Assembly: GCA_045132115.1 (NCBI GenBank)
Contig: JBGURT010000028.1
Location: 2,293 to 66,292, forward strand
Direction of reading: 5' to 3'
DNA from: Kiritimatiellia bacterium
GTDB lineage: Bacteria; Verrucomicrobiota; Kiritimatiellia; RFP12; UBA1067
Length of the DNA: 64,000 nucleotides
Shown: positions 9,576 through 18,084 of the stretch, in pieces
How positions within the stretch are numbered: the first letter of the stretch is position 1
How the letters are laid out: each line of letters begins with the position of its first letter
The notes under the pieces: model-generated
Databases searched by the model: none
Told to the model about the DNA's origin: nothing
Seen by the model: the letters and a program-made list of their open reading frames with translations, nothing else
Translations under genes and position numbers: made by a program

Positions 9576-10699
9576 GGCAGACCTTTACGGCCGAAATGTC
9601 CGTACGACGCCGTTTGGGCGTAAATCGGACGCAAAAGCCCGAGGTCCTTCTGGATGGCATAGGGCCGGAAGTCGAACACCTTGCCGTCTTTGAGCATCGC
9701 TTCAAGCTTTTCGTTGGTGACGCCCTCGGCGGCAGTGCCGAACGTCTTGACGCAGAAACTCACGGGCCTCGCTACGCCAATCGCATAAGCAACCTGAATC
9801 TGGCACCGCGCGGCGAGTCCGGCAGCCACAATATTCTTGGCCGCATAGCGCGCGTAATACGCCGCGCTGCGGTCTACCTTGCTGGGATCCTTGCCGGAAA
9901 AAGCGCCGCCGCCGTGCGCCGCCATGCCGCCGTAAGTATCGACGATTATCTTCCGGCCGGTTAGACCCGAGTCTCCGCAAGGTCCGCCGACCACGAACTT
10001 GCCCGTGGGATTTATGAAGAACTTAGTCTTCGCCGTCAAAAGTCCGGTAGCCGAAAGGAACTTTTTAGCCTCTGCCTTGATAAGCGCGTAGTGCTTCTTC
10101 GTCGCGCCCTTCTCGGTCGTTTGATGCGAAACGACCACGGTATCTATCGCAACCGGTTTCCCGCCAGCATAAACGACAGAAAGCTGCGCCTTGGCATCCG
10201 GACGCAAAAACTCCCAAGCGCCATCCGACTTCCTCAAGGCGGCAAAATGCTTAAGCAAGGCGTGCGAATAGACGATTGCCGCAGGCATCAGCTCCGGCGT
10301 CTCGTCGGTCGCATAGCCGAACATCATGCCTTGGTCGCCGGCTCCCTGATCCTCCGCCGCCGTGCGGTCTACGCCTTGCGCTATGTCCGGGCTCTGGCCA
10401 TGGAGGAAAGATTCGTATTTGAAAGTATCGAAGCTGAAATGTTCGCCTGGACGATCGTAGCCGATTTCCTTCACTACCTTGCGTGCAATCTTTTCCGTAT
10501 CGACCTTCTCGAATCCCTTGCAGGTAATCTCGCCCATGTTGACGACGATATCCGGTCCGACCATCGTCTCGCAGGCGACTCGCGCATTCTTGTCGAGCTT
10601 CAGGCAAGCGTCGAGAATCGCGTCAGAAATCGCGTCGGCAACCTTGTCGGGATGGCCTTCCGAGACCGATTCCGAACTGAAAACGTGAGAATGGATCAT
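9524..10699 (-). CDS. metK: S-adenosylmethionine synthetase
   Basis: ORF 9524..10990 trimmed to [22 protein letters not shown]... (ATG 10699); GHPDK, GAGDQG, full-length MetK. Confidence 0.92.
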   Translation of the reverse strand: MIHSHVFSSESVSEGHPDKVADAISDAILDACLKLDKNARVACETMVGPDIVVNMGEITCKGFEKVDTEKIARKVVKEIGYDRPGEHFSFDTFKYESFLHGQSPDIAQGVDRTAAEDQGAGDQGMMFGYATDETPELMPAAIVYSHALLKHFAALRKSDGAWEFLRPDAKAQLSVVYAGGKPVAIDTVVVSHQTTEKGATKKHYALIKAEAKKFLSATGLLTAKTKFFINPTGKFVVGGPCGDSGLTGRKIIVDTYGGMAAHGGGAFSGKDPSKVDRSAAYYARYAAKNIVAAGLAARCQIQVAYAIGVARPVSFCVKTFGTAAEGVTNEKLEAMLKDGKVFDFRPYAIQKDLGLLRPIYAQTASYGHFGRKGLPWEKTDKVKKLRALFAM

Positions 10700-11073
10700 A
10701 GAACGGCGATGCACTCGATTTCGACCTTGACGTCCTTGGGCAGACGCGCGACCTCGACGCAACTGCGCGCAGGCTTGGTCTCCCCGAACATCTCGGCATA
10801 AACGCCGTTCAAGGCGGCAAAATCGTTCATATCCTTGATGAAAACCGTAGTCTTGACGACATTCGCGAGCGAGCCGCCGGCAGCGGCAAGGACGGCCGCG
10901 AGATTGGAAATCGACTGGCGCGTCTGGCCTTCGATAGTCGTCGCCTCGATCGCGCCGGTCGCAGGATTGATCGGAATCTGCCCGGAGCAATAGACGGTAT
11001 TGCCTACCTTGATCGCCTGACTGTAAGGACCTAGCGCCTTGGGCGCGTTTTCGCTGTGGATTATTGCCGCCAT
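10696..11073 (-). CDS. ridA: RidA family reactive-intermediate/imine deaminase (YjgF/TdcF)
   Basis: 125 aa; [25 protein letters not shown] ... [16 protein letters not shown]. Confidence 0.88.
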   Translation of the reverse strand: MAAIIHSENAPKALGPYSQAIKVGNTVYCSGQIPINPATGAIEATTIEGQTRQSISNLAAVLAAAGGSLANVVKTTVFIKDMNDFAALNGVYAEMFGETKPARSCVEVARLPKDVKVEIECIAVL

Positions 11074-11088
11074 CTCTTATTCCTGAAT

Positions 11089-11166
11089 TGGAGCCGGGTA
11101 AGGGACTCGAACCCCTGGTAATTCCTCATTACAAATGAGGCGCAGTCGCCACTGTGCCAACCCGGC
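11089..11166 (-). tRNA. tRNA-Thr (anticodon TGT)
   Basis: Reverse complement folds as cloverleaf GCCGGGT.../...ACCCGGC-T-CCA; anticodon loop TTTGTAA; encoded CCA. Confidence 0.85.
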
Positions 11167-11169
11167 GTT

Positions 11170-11215
11170 TTTAGTGCGCGTATTATATCAAAAATCGCCC
11201 CCAAAAGTCAAGAGC
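11170..11215 (-). promoter_or_regulatory. sigma70-type promoter for tRNA-Thr: -35 TTGACT, 18-nt spacer, extended -10 TGATATAAT, GC-rich discriminator ACGCGC
   Basis: Minus-strand sequence cTTGACTtttgggggcgatttTTGATATAATACGCGCactaaaaacgcc immediately upstream of tRNA 5' end. Confidence 0.6.
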
Positions 11216-11242
11216 CCCGTCACGGCGATAGCCATGACTTCC

Positions 11243-14200
11243 TTACTTCGTTATTTCGACGCTGTAAAACGCCTCGCTACCGCCAAGTAAGCCACCGGAC
11301 GGATTTGGCGTCCAAGCCTCGCTGTTGCCAATAGTCGTGTCGGCCGGCTCGGAAGCAAGCATCGCCTGCAGCGTCGCGCCTTGACGGAAGTTGTAGGTAA
11401 GACCCGGCTTCGTCTTGGCCGTCGTGATTGTGCTCGCGCTACCGCCAAGGAATACATTCGCGCCCTCGCCGGTAAACACTTCCGCCACGATATCATCCTT
11501 AACCTTCGCCGCAGCCAGATCCACCACGCCTTCGGTATCCGGCGTCAGGCCCTGGAGGAAATCCTTAATATCGTTATCGTTGCCGCCGATAATCTGCACA
11601 TTGGCGCCATTCGCCTTGTAGCTGTTGGCAGTAGACGCAACGCGCACCGTCACCTTGTTCGCCTCCACATTCGCAGGAATCTCCACCACTACATCGGCGG
11701 TACTCGCGCTCGGCGTGACCGTATACCCGTTCTCCGCATCGCCCGTCACCACCGCATCCGGATCGCCGGCGATCGAAGGAGCCGCCTCGACTTTAAGACC
11801 ATCCGTATCCTTGACCAGTTTGAGACCCGATGCCAAATCATCGGTGGTAAAGCTACCCGCCGGCGCCGAACCCCAACTAATCAGCGTAACCGGAGCGGTT
11901 ATATTGAGCGCCGTAAGATCGACATCAACCGTGGTATTTGCCGCAACCGCAAGCTTGTTGCCATATCCAGACGCAAGTCCGGTGCTCGTGAATGCCAATA
12001 TAGCCCCATCCACAAGTTTTATGCTCGGAGTGGGCGCTACCGCCAACGGCAAAGTGAGCGTACCGGTAACCGTCAAGTCTCTATTTGATCCCCACCCGGT
12101 AATCTTTCCGTTGCCAGACAAATTACGGACAGTCGCCTGTACATTGTTGGCCGAAAGGAAGAATTCGCTAGACGAATTATTAAGCACGACATTGCAATAA
12201 AGATTTACGCCAGTGTAGGTATTGTCCACCCGATATATTCCCAAGTGACCGCCACTTACGCTTATGGTACCAAGCTCCTCGACCGTCTCCGCCGTCTGGG
12301 TATTGTCCAATGTGAGCGTATTAGTGCCGTTCTTCGTGAGTGTGTGCCCGTTGAGCGTCAACTTGGATTCGGCATGGTCGGTTTCCCGGATGTAGAAATT
12401 GCCGGAGCCGCCAATCGTGGAGTCTGCGGTCAGTTCCAGCCAAGCCACTACCGCCGTATTGGCATTGCCAAACGATATACCATTGTTGACCAACGCGCCA
12501 CCTGCCAAAATCACTTTGGCCCCGGAGGTGATGCCATACCCATTAAGGTCAAGCGCAACATTGGCCGGAATGGTAATGTCAGCCGCTTCCGTACAGGCGC
12601 AGAGCATCTTGACTGTCAGCGGAGCGTCTTGAGTGGCCGTAGTGGTAGCAGCACTCATTGCCGCTGCAAGCGTAGCATAGTAGGATTGAGTGCCGATCTG
12701 GGCAACGGCGGCGGTAGTGGTGTAGTCCTCAGGAGCCGCAATCACCTCTTCATTGGCAGGGGTTACCTGCTTAACTTGGGTGCCACCTGCGATGTATGCG
12801 CCGACGGCGGCATAGTTGATGGTCACTTCGTCGCCGGCATATGCCCAGTATCCGTTTCCGGAAACGAGCGTCGCACCCGCCACCTCAATGGCCGTATGCT
12901 CAGGCACCACGATGGTGAAGTTCACGATTACCGGCTCGGGGAAGGTATAGGCGTTGCGCTCTTCTTCGGTGAGCTTCTTGTCGAACACCGCAATCGCCTC
13001 GATCTTCATACCGGTAGCGTTATCCCAACCCTGACCAGGCCTGGTGCTCATGCGCAGACCGCCAATCGTCGCACCATAAATGCCGCTATTGGCATCGTCC
13101 GAATACCCAATCGAGTTCACGAAGTTGGTGGCATTGATTGCGCCTTCCGACCCACTGCACAACAGCGTCGTACCGTCATACGTAAACGCCATCACTCCGC
13201 TTGAGGCTGGCGGCTCGCCATCACCAGTGCCCACATCTATCGTCGCGGCACCAGTATTGTCGCCCTTGCTGGCCTTGATTTGATTACCTACCGTCAACCG
13301 GAGCGTGGTACGATCATGCGCCTTTTCGCTCTCGGCGCAACTGGTGAAGAACACGCGTCCAACATTCGAATTATAAACAAGATCGCTGTACTTGACGAGC
13401 GCGGTAATGGCACTTACCCCACTTGCCAGATTCACATCCACGCCCTGATACTCGTTGCCATCAACCGTAGCAATCGTTATCATCCTATCGTCGCCAAAGG
13501 TGTTGCCGTGCCAGTCGAGCGAGCAACCATCAACCGTGCGACGGAAGTCCTTGTTCCATGCCGCAATGGGAGTAGGCGCTACTGTCGGCTCCGGTTCCGG
13601 CTCCGCAGATTTCACCACCTCATTGCTGTAGATGTGCTTGGTCTCGCCGTTGGTCCAACGAACATCCACCCGGAAGCGGACATAGTTGGAACCAGGATTG
13701 TCGAACGAGGTATCCACCCATTCTCCGCCCTCGTCCGACGCATTACCCTGGAGCACATACGTAATCGGCATTGTGGCATCCGCCACCAGCGTCTCATTGG
13801 TGGGCGAATACGTAATCACTGGCGTTGAACCGTTCATTGTCAGCGTGGCCGTAAAGGTGCCAGAACCCATTGGATTCAACCCTAGTACATAGCACTCCCA
13901 CCACTTATAGCCGCTTGATGTCTGGCTATTCTTAATGGTATCAATGTAGCTCGCCGGGACTCCCATATCCGTAAACCACGAATACGGCACAGGATAGTCG
14001 GTGTCAGTGACCTGCTCCGACTTCGGATCACCAACAACAAAGTTAAGAGTATTGCTGTTCTTGACCTCTACCGAACATTCGCGATCAAGATTCGGCAGAT
14101 AAATGGTAGTTGGCTTAGATAGATATGTCGATGCGTAAATAAGCGGATAGGTGCCTTTTGGCATATCTGTGGGCGCGTCAATCCTCAGCTTCCAGTCGGT

Positions 14201-16903
14201 GATCGAAGCCATACCATTACCAAACTGCACTATCGCTTCGGAAGTTGACTGGTCGGAAGTGAGGTTAAGGTTCAGCAGCACATGCTCGCCAACCGACATG
14301 TCATACACCTTGATAGTCGTGCCTGCCTCCTGCACAAATGTACCTGTGCCTGCCAGCGTCAGCGTCTCCTCGTTGGCACTTTCAATGTTGAGCGAGTTGG
14401 TGAGGCTCTTGCTGTTTTCAAAAGTAATAGTCGCATTGGAACCTGCAATACTCAACTTCCCGGTGCCGTTAATGGTCGAGTTCGACACAACCGTGAACGA
14501 CGAGATTCCGTTCTGGTTGATGGCAAATGTATCATTGGCCGCAATTGTTCCACCCGCCATGACCAGCGAGCGGGTAAGTTCATAATCGTCGTTCATCGTC
14601 CACGTTTCCCCTTCACCAACGACAATCTTATCCTCGGTCATGCGCATTACAACATCGCGATGTACGGTAGTTCCGTTTGTGTCAGTCGCGTTGAGCGTAA
14701 GGATCATCCTCTGCCGATCGCGATTGGCCGGAATCACCGGATCGAAGGTAATCTCCCAGTTGCCGGCCGAAGCCTCCGTCACATGCACATTCGCGTCCTT
14801 CACCAGCTCCACATGGCTCGGCGTCGCTGTAAGCGCAGTCACTGTCGTTGGCGTCGTCACATAAAGCGTCGAACTGCCAATCGAACCGTCAGCGAGATAG
14901 CCATCCACCAAATCTGTAGCGGGCTTTCCATCCGCCGCATACTGGATGGAAGTAAACAATGCCGGCATTTCCGACGATGCGCCACTGCTGCAGGTCGTGA
15001 TTTTCGCATCGGAAGGTTCGCCATCCACAAGCGCACCATATACATATGGCGTAACCGAGAAATAATAATCGGAACCATTTGCGAGTCCATTTATGGTTTT
15101 GCTACGGTCAGTTGCTAAAGCCACTTCAAAAACATTCTCACCAGTAAGCGGGATCACATCCGTCACCTTAAAGTCACCAATTACCACATGTCCGTTATAA
15201 GTGGCGTGTCGCTTGTAGATGCGAAGCTGCACCGTCTGCCCCGCATATTCAGCAAGGCTCTTCGTGTTCTCTTTCCAAGTCCCAGGCCAGTACGCCCAGT
15301 TAATTTCTGGGACAAACAATTCGTGCCAATTACCGTCTTCACCGCAGATTTCAATCACTACATTGTCTTTGCATGCGTCGCCGCTCTTATGGGCGCCGCC
15401 GCTGATCTTGAAAGAAAGCTCTGAGTCTGACGTTATCGTTAGCGGCGTTGAGAACTGGTAGAAGCCATAAGTAAGGTCCTCTGCGTCCAAAGAGATTGAT
15501 GCAGCTCCGTAGTTATTTGTTGCATACCAAATATTTGCTGGATAAGCACTACCTGTCGTTGCATCCGAAAAATCAGCAGTCCAATCGATAACCTCGTTTG
15601 AAGTGCGGCGCTTACCTTTGATATAGAACATATAGTTCTTATCCGCATAGCAATCCGGGAAGGACCAAGAGAGCGTAACAGAGTTGCCGACAACTCTCGG
15701 AATCGGATCAAGCTGCGGTTTGGCGCGCGGATAGTGATCAAGCCAAAAATAATGCACAGGACCAGTCTTTACGTTGTAAAACTTGTCGCTCGCGTTACCG
15801 CCGTATCCATATACCAAATGGACATAATCTTCTTCATTCTCAACGCCCCATCCATCTGCGACCACGGCGTGACCACCAATACCAACGAAAACAGGAATGC
15901 CTGCTGACAGCGTTTGAGTCACCTTTTCCACCACATCGCTTTTTACGACACCTTCCGTATTAGTTACATTTCCACTACTATAGCCGATGGTGTACCAATC
16001 GCGCTCTGCGCCATGCGCCGATGTATATTTTGTTGAAGTCGACTCGCCTACATTATAGCTCATTGATGCCGATTGGTTGAGCCACAACACATAGCGTCCG
16101 ATTTCATAACGCTTGTCCTCTTCCGCGCCAGTCTTTCCGCGCATATCGCCGGAATACGAATAAGTGTCGGACATCTTGCTCCAATCGAACGGAACAGAGC
16201 CGTTGAAACGGATGGCGAAGTTTTCGCCACGCAAGTTGTGCGTCACCGTCTCAGTTCTTGCAGGATACTTCGGCCACTGCAGTTCCCTGAATATCGCCGC
16301 ATCAGCAATAGAAACGCAACCTGCACAACTACGACCACGCCAAATATAATCTGAAACCTTACTGGAAACAGGCGTCAAATCGTTCCAAGGCTGGTTTTGG
16401 TTGTACTTGGAATCAACGAACGGCTCGATATTGATATCCGAGCCCGATCCGGAACCCGCAGACAGAAGCTTGCGCACCTTCGTTCCTGCACTCGTTTCGG
16501 GCTCCGCGAGCAGCTTGTCCCAGCGCGCATGGCGCCCTTTCGTTTCGTCGGCTTCGGCTGCCGCCACTGCCGCATCTGCCGCATCGAGCATTGCGCGTTC
16601 GGCCGAATCCTCCTCCCCTTCCGAGAAGTCGTTTTGCGAAAAGCCGATTATTGGCGTCGCGCGGTCGCTGCCGCTCAAGAGGATATGCCCGGAAGGTGCA
16701 AGCCGCACCACCCAAAGGTTGCCGCGCTGCCCAATACTCTCAACGCTACGATCGGGTAGCGTTCTCGCCGCCATCTTGCTTGTCTGCAGGAAGCGCTCGG
16801 CCGCAGTTAGCGCAGTGGCCTCGTCATTCGGCGAAGCCGCGCAATAAATCGCCATACCGATTGCGCTGAATAAGGCGAGCAAAAACCTAGAATACTTTCT
16901 CAT
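11243..16903 (-). CDS. giant secreted protein: C10 (streptopain-like) cysteine peptidase domain + FN3-like + LamG-like + PATR beta-helix repeats, C-terminal FY motif
   Basis: 1886 aa; signal peptide; C10 motifs (NQNQPWNDLTP, Cys in AGCVSIADAAIF, His in GGHAVVADGWG); PATR-like repeats (LTLNGHTLTKNGTNTLTLDNT); ends GGSEAFYSVEITK. Confidence 0.8.
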   Translation of the reverse strand: MRKYSRFLLALFSAIGMAIYCAASPNDEATALTAAERFLQTSKMAARTLPDRSVESIGQRGNLWVVRLAPSGHILLSGSDRATPIIGFSQNDFSEGEEDSAERAMLDAADAAVAAAEADETKGRHARWDKLLAEPETSAGTKVRKLLSAGSGSGSDINIEPFVDSKYNQNQPWNDLTPVSSKVSDYIWRGRSCAGCVSIADAAIFRELQWPKYPARTETVTHNLRGENFAIRFNGSVPFDWSKMSDTYSYSGDMRGKTGAEEDKRYEIGRYVLWLNQSASMSYNVGESTSTKYTSAHGAERDWYTIGYSSGNVTNTEGVVKSDVVEKVTQTLSAGIPVFVGIGGHAVVADGWGVENEEDYVHLVYGYGGNASDKFYNVKTGPVHYFWLDHYPRAKPQLDPIPRVVGNSVTLSWSFPDCYADKNYMFYIKGKRRTSNEVIDWTADFSDATTGSAYPANIWYATNNYGAASISLDAEDLTYGFYQFSTPLTITSDSELSFKISGGAHKSGDACKDNVVIEICGEDGNWHELFVPEINWAYWPGTWKENTKSLAEYAGQTVQLRIYKRHATYNGHVVIGDFKVTDVIPLTGENVFEVALATDRSKTINGLANGSDYYFSVTPYVYGALVDGEPSDAKITTCSSGASSEMPALFTSIQYAADGKPATDLVDGYLADGSIGSSTLYVTTPTTVTALTATPSHVELVKDANVHVTEASAGNWEITFDPVIPANRDRQRMILTLNATDTNGTTVHRDVVMRMTEDKIVVGEGETWTMNDDYELTRSLVMAGGTIAANDTFAINQNGISSFTVVSNSTINGTGKLSIAGSNATITFENSKSLTNSLNIESANEETLTLAGTGTFVQEAGTTIKVYDMSVGEHVLLNLNLTSDQSTSEAIVQFGNGMASITDWKLRIDAPTDMPKGTYPLIYASTYLSKPTTIYLPNLDRECSVEVKNSNTLNFVVGDPKSEQVTDTDYPVPYSWFTDMGVPASYIDTIKNSQTSSGYKWWECYVLGLNPMGSGTFTATLTMNGSTPVITYSPTNETLVADATMPITYVLQGNASDEGGEWVDTSFDNPGSNYVRFRVDVRWTNGETKHIYSNEVVKSAEPEPEPTVAPTPIAAWNKDFRRTVDGCSLDWHGNTFGDDRMITIATVDGNEYQGVDVNLASGVSAITALVKYSDLVYNSNVGRVFFTSCAESEKAHDRTTLRLTVGNQIKASKGDNTGAATIDVGTGDGEPPASSGVMAFTYDGTTLLCSGSEGAINATNFVNSIGYSDDANSGIYGATIGGLRMSTRPGQGWDNATGMKIEAIAVFDKKLTEEERNAYTFPEPVIVNFTIVVPEHTAIEVAGATLVSGNGYWAYAGDEVTINYAAVGAYIAGGTQVKQVTPANEEVIAAPEDYTTTAAVAQIGTQSYYATLAAAMSAATTTATQDAPLTVKMLCACTEAADITIPANVALDLNGYGITSGAKVILAGGALVNNGISFGNANTAVVAWLELTADSTIGGSGNFYIRETDHAESKLTLNGHTLTKNGTNTLTLDNTQTAETVEELGTISVSGGHLGIYRVDNTYTGVNLYCNVVLNNSSSEFFLSANNVQATVRNLSGNGKITGWGSNRDLTVTGTLTLPLAVAPTPSIKLVDGAILAFTSTGLASGYGNKLAVAANTTVDVDLTALNITAPVTLISWGSAPAGSFTTDDLASGLKLVKDTDGLKVEAAPSIAGDPDAVVTGDAENGYTVTPSASTADVVVEIPANVEANKVTVRVASTANSYKANGANVQIIGGNDNDIKDFLQGLTPDTEGVVDLAAAKVKDDIVAEVFTGEGANVFLGGSASTITTAKTKPGLTYNFRQGATLQAMLASEPADTTIGNSEAWTPNPSGGLLGGSEAFYSVEITK

Positions 16904-18081
16904 GATGCTTTCCTCCTGGGTAAAGATTCAATTTCGGCAAGGCATGCGGCTCTTGCATCCTCGTCTATAAATTTTGGTTCGCGCCCTTTGTAGTCAATCT
17001 CTACCGCTCCATCGCGAGCGAGAAGTTGGGCGAGGCGGTTCAGAACACAGGCGTCTTCCCGAGTCATGGGCTTTGCCTGCGTCTGATATGGCCACGCCGC
17101 CGGCGCAAGCATCAAAAGTCTGCCGTCAGCAGTCTTGTCGAACAACTTGCCGCCAGGTTTGTACATTGGCGAAAAGCCCATATTCTTTAGCACCACCACC
17201 TTGGCACCGGAATCAAAGGCAAGACGCGCGATTTCGCGCTCGCCATCGGAAATGCATGGCGACACCAGCACCGCACCGTGCTTGGCGGCGGACAGCAACT
17301 CGGCGCATTTTTCTTCGAACCTGGCGCTAGAGCGCTCCATCATTGGAACACCTACGGCATCGTGGGCTATCTTGCTTCCTCCGCCAGATTTGGGAATACG
17401 CTTATATGCAAAGTCGCTACGAGAGCATTGCACCTGCAAAAGCGATGGCGCCGAAAGCAACGCGATGTTGCCGATTACCGAAAAACGACCGGTAAATTCT
17501 CCAAGCGGCAACACTACATCGTGGAGTACCCGGAAGTATTGCGGGTTATCGCGTTTTGTGGCGAGGCGGCGCGGATTGTCGGCGACATAATCAAGCATCG
17601 CCTTCAGCTGCCCCTCATGGAACAGGATTGTATCTTGGAAGCCTGGAGACCAGGATAGGCCGACACAAGAATTCGCCGGCACGCAACCAGATTCGACGTA
17701 GTTCCGTACCTCGCCACTGTTGGCGAGAGACTTCCAACGCGCCGCGGCACCGGCCTTTAAACCGCGCACCAACTCGCCCATAGGCTTCGGCAGCCGCTCG
17801 CGAACATGTACCACAAAGTGTAGATGGTCAGGCATCAGTTGCCGCACCAATATGCGAACTTGGGGATACAGGCGCGGCATCACATCGAGAGCGTCAAGCA
17901 CCGCCGCACCTTCTGGCGTGGGGACGATGTTCCATTCGCCGCCCTTGCGCACAAGGCGCCCCAATGCATCGTTATGTCTATCCGCAAGAGTAAGCGTAAT
18001 CATATATATGCAGGGGCTGGAGTAATCCCAATCCAGGCAGCGTCTCAACATCGAATGCTTGATCTCTTGGCGGATAGGCAT
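16900..18081 (-). CDS. fusion protein: N-terminal RAYT/IS200-like HUH Y1 domain + C-terminal DprA/Smf-like Rossmann domain
   Basis: 393 aa; HUH motif MPDHLHFVVHV; WSPGFQDTILFHEGQLKAMLDYVADNP resembles RAYT helix with catalytic Tyr; C-terminal region aligns by eye with DprA core; ATGA overlap with downstream giant gene, 3-nt gap to upstream one. Confidence 0.55.
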   Translation of the reverse strand: MPIRQEIKHSMLRRCLDWDYSSPCIYMITLTLADRHNDALGRLVRKGGEWNIVPTPEGAAVLDALDVMPRLYPQVRILVRQLMPDHLHFVVHVRERLPKPMGELVRGLKAGAAARWKSLANSGEVRNYVESGCVPANSCVGLSWSPGFQDTILFHEGQLKAMLDYVADNPRRLATKRDNPQYFRVLHDVVLPLGEFTGRFSVIGNIALLSAPSLLQVQCSRSDFAYKRIPKSGGGSKIAHDAVGVPMMERSSARFEEKCAELLSAAKHGAVLVSPCISDGEREIARLAFDSGAKVVVLKNMGFSPMYKPGGKLFDKTADGRLLMLAPAAWPYQTQAKPMTREDACVLNRLAQLLARDGAVEIDYKGREPKFIDEDARAACLAEIESLPRRKAS

Positions 18082-18084
18082 GAC

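Noticed and set aside
9575-10990. Extended N-terminus of metK ORF (98 extra residues) and of the GT8, kinase and rmuC ORFs
   Set aside because: The upstream extensions overlap preceding genes, lack homology and are Arg-rich. The internal Met starts match family N-termini and the ATGA coupling.
16900-18081. Calling the HUH-domain ORF an IS200/IS605 mobile element
   Set aside because: There are no flanking hairpin ends and no TnpB partner. The Y1 domain is fused to a ~230-aa non-transposase domain and translationally embedded in an operon, so it was reported as a domesticated or fusion CDS rather than a mobile element.
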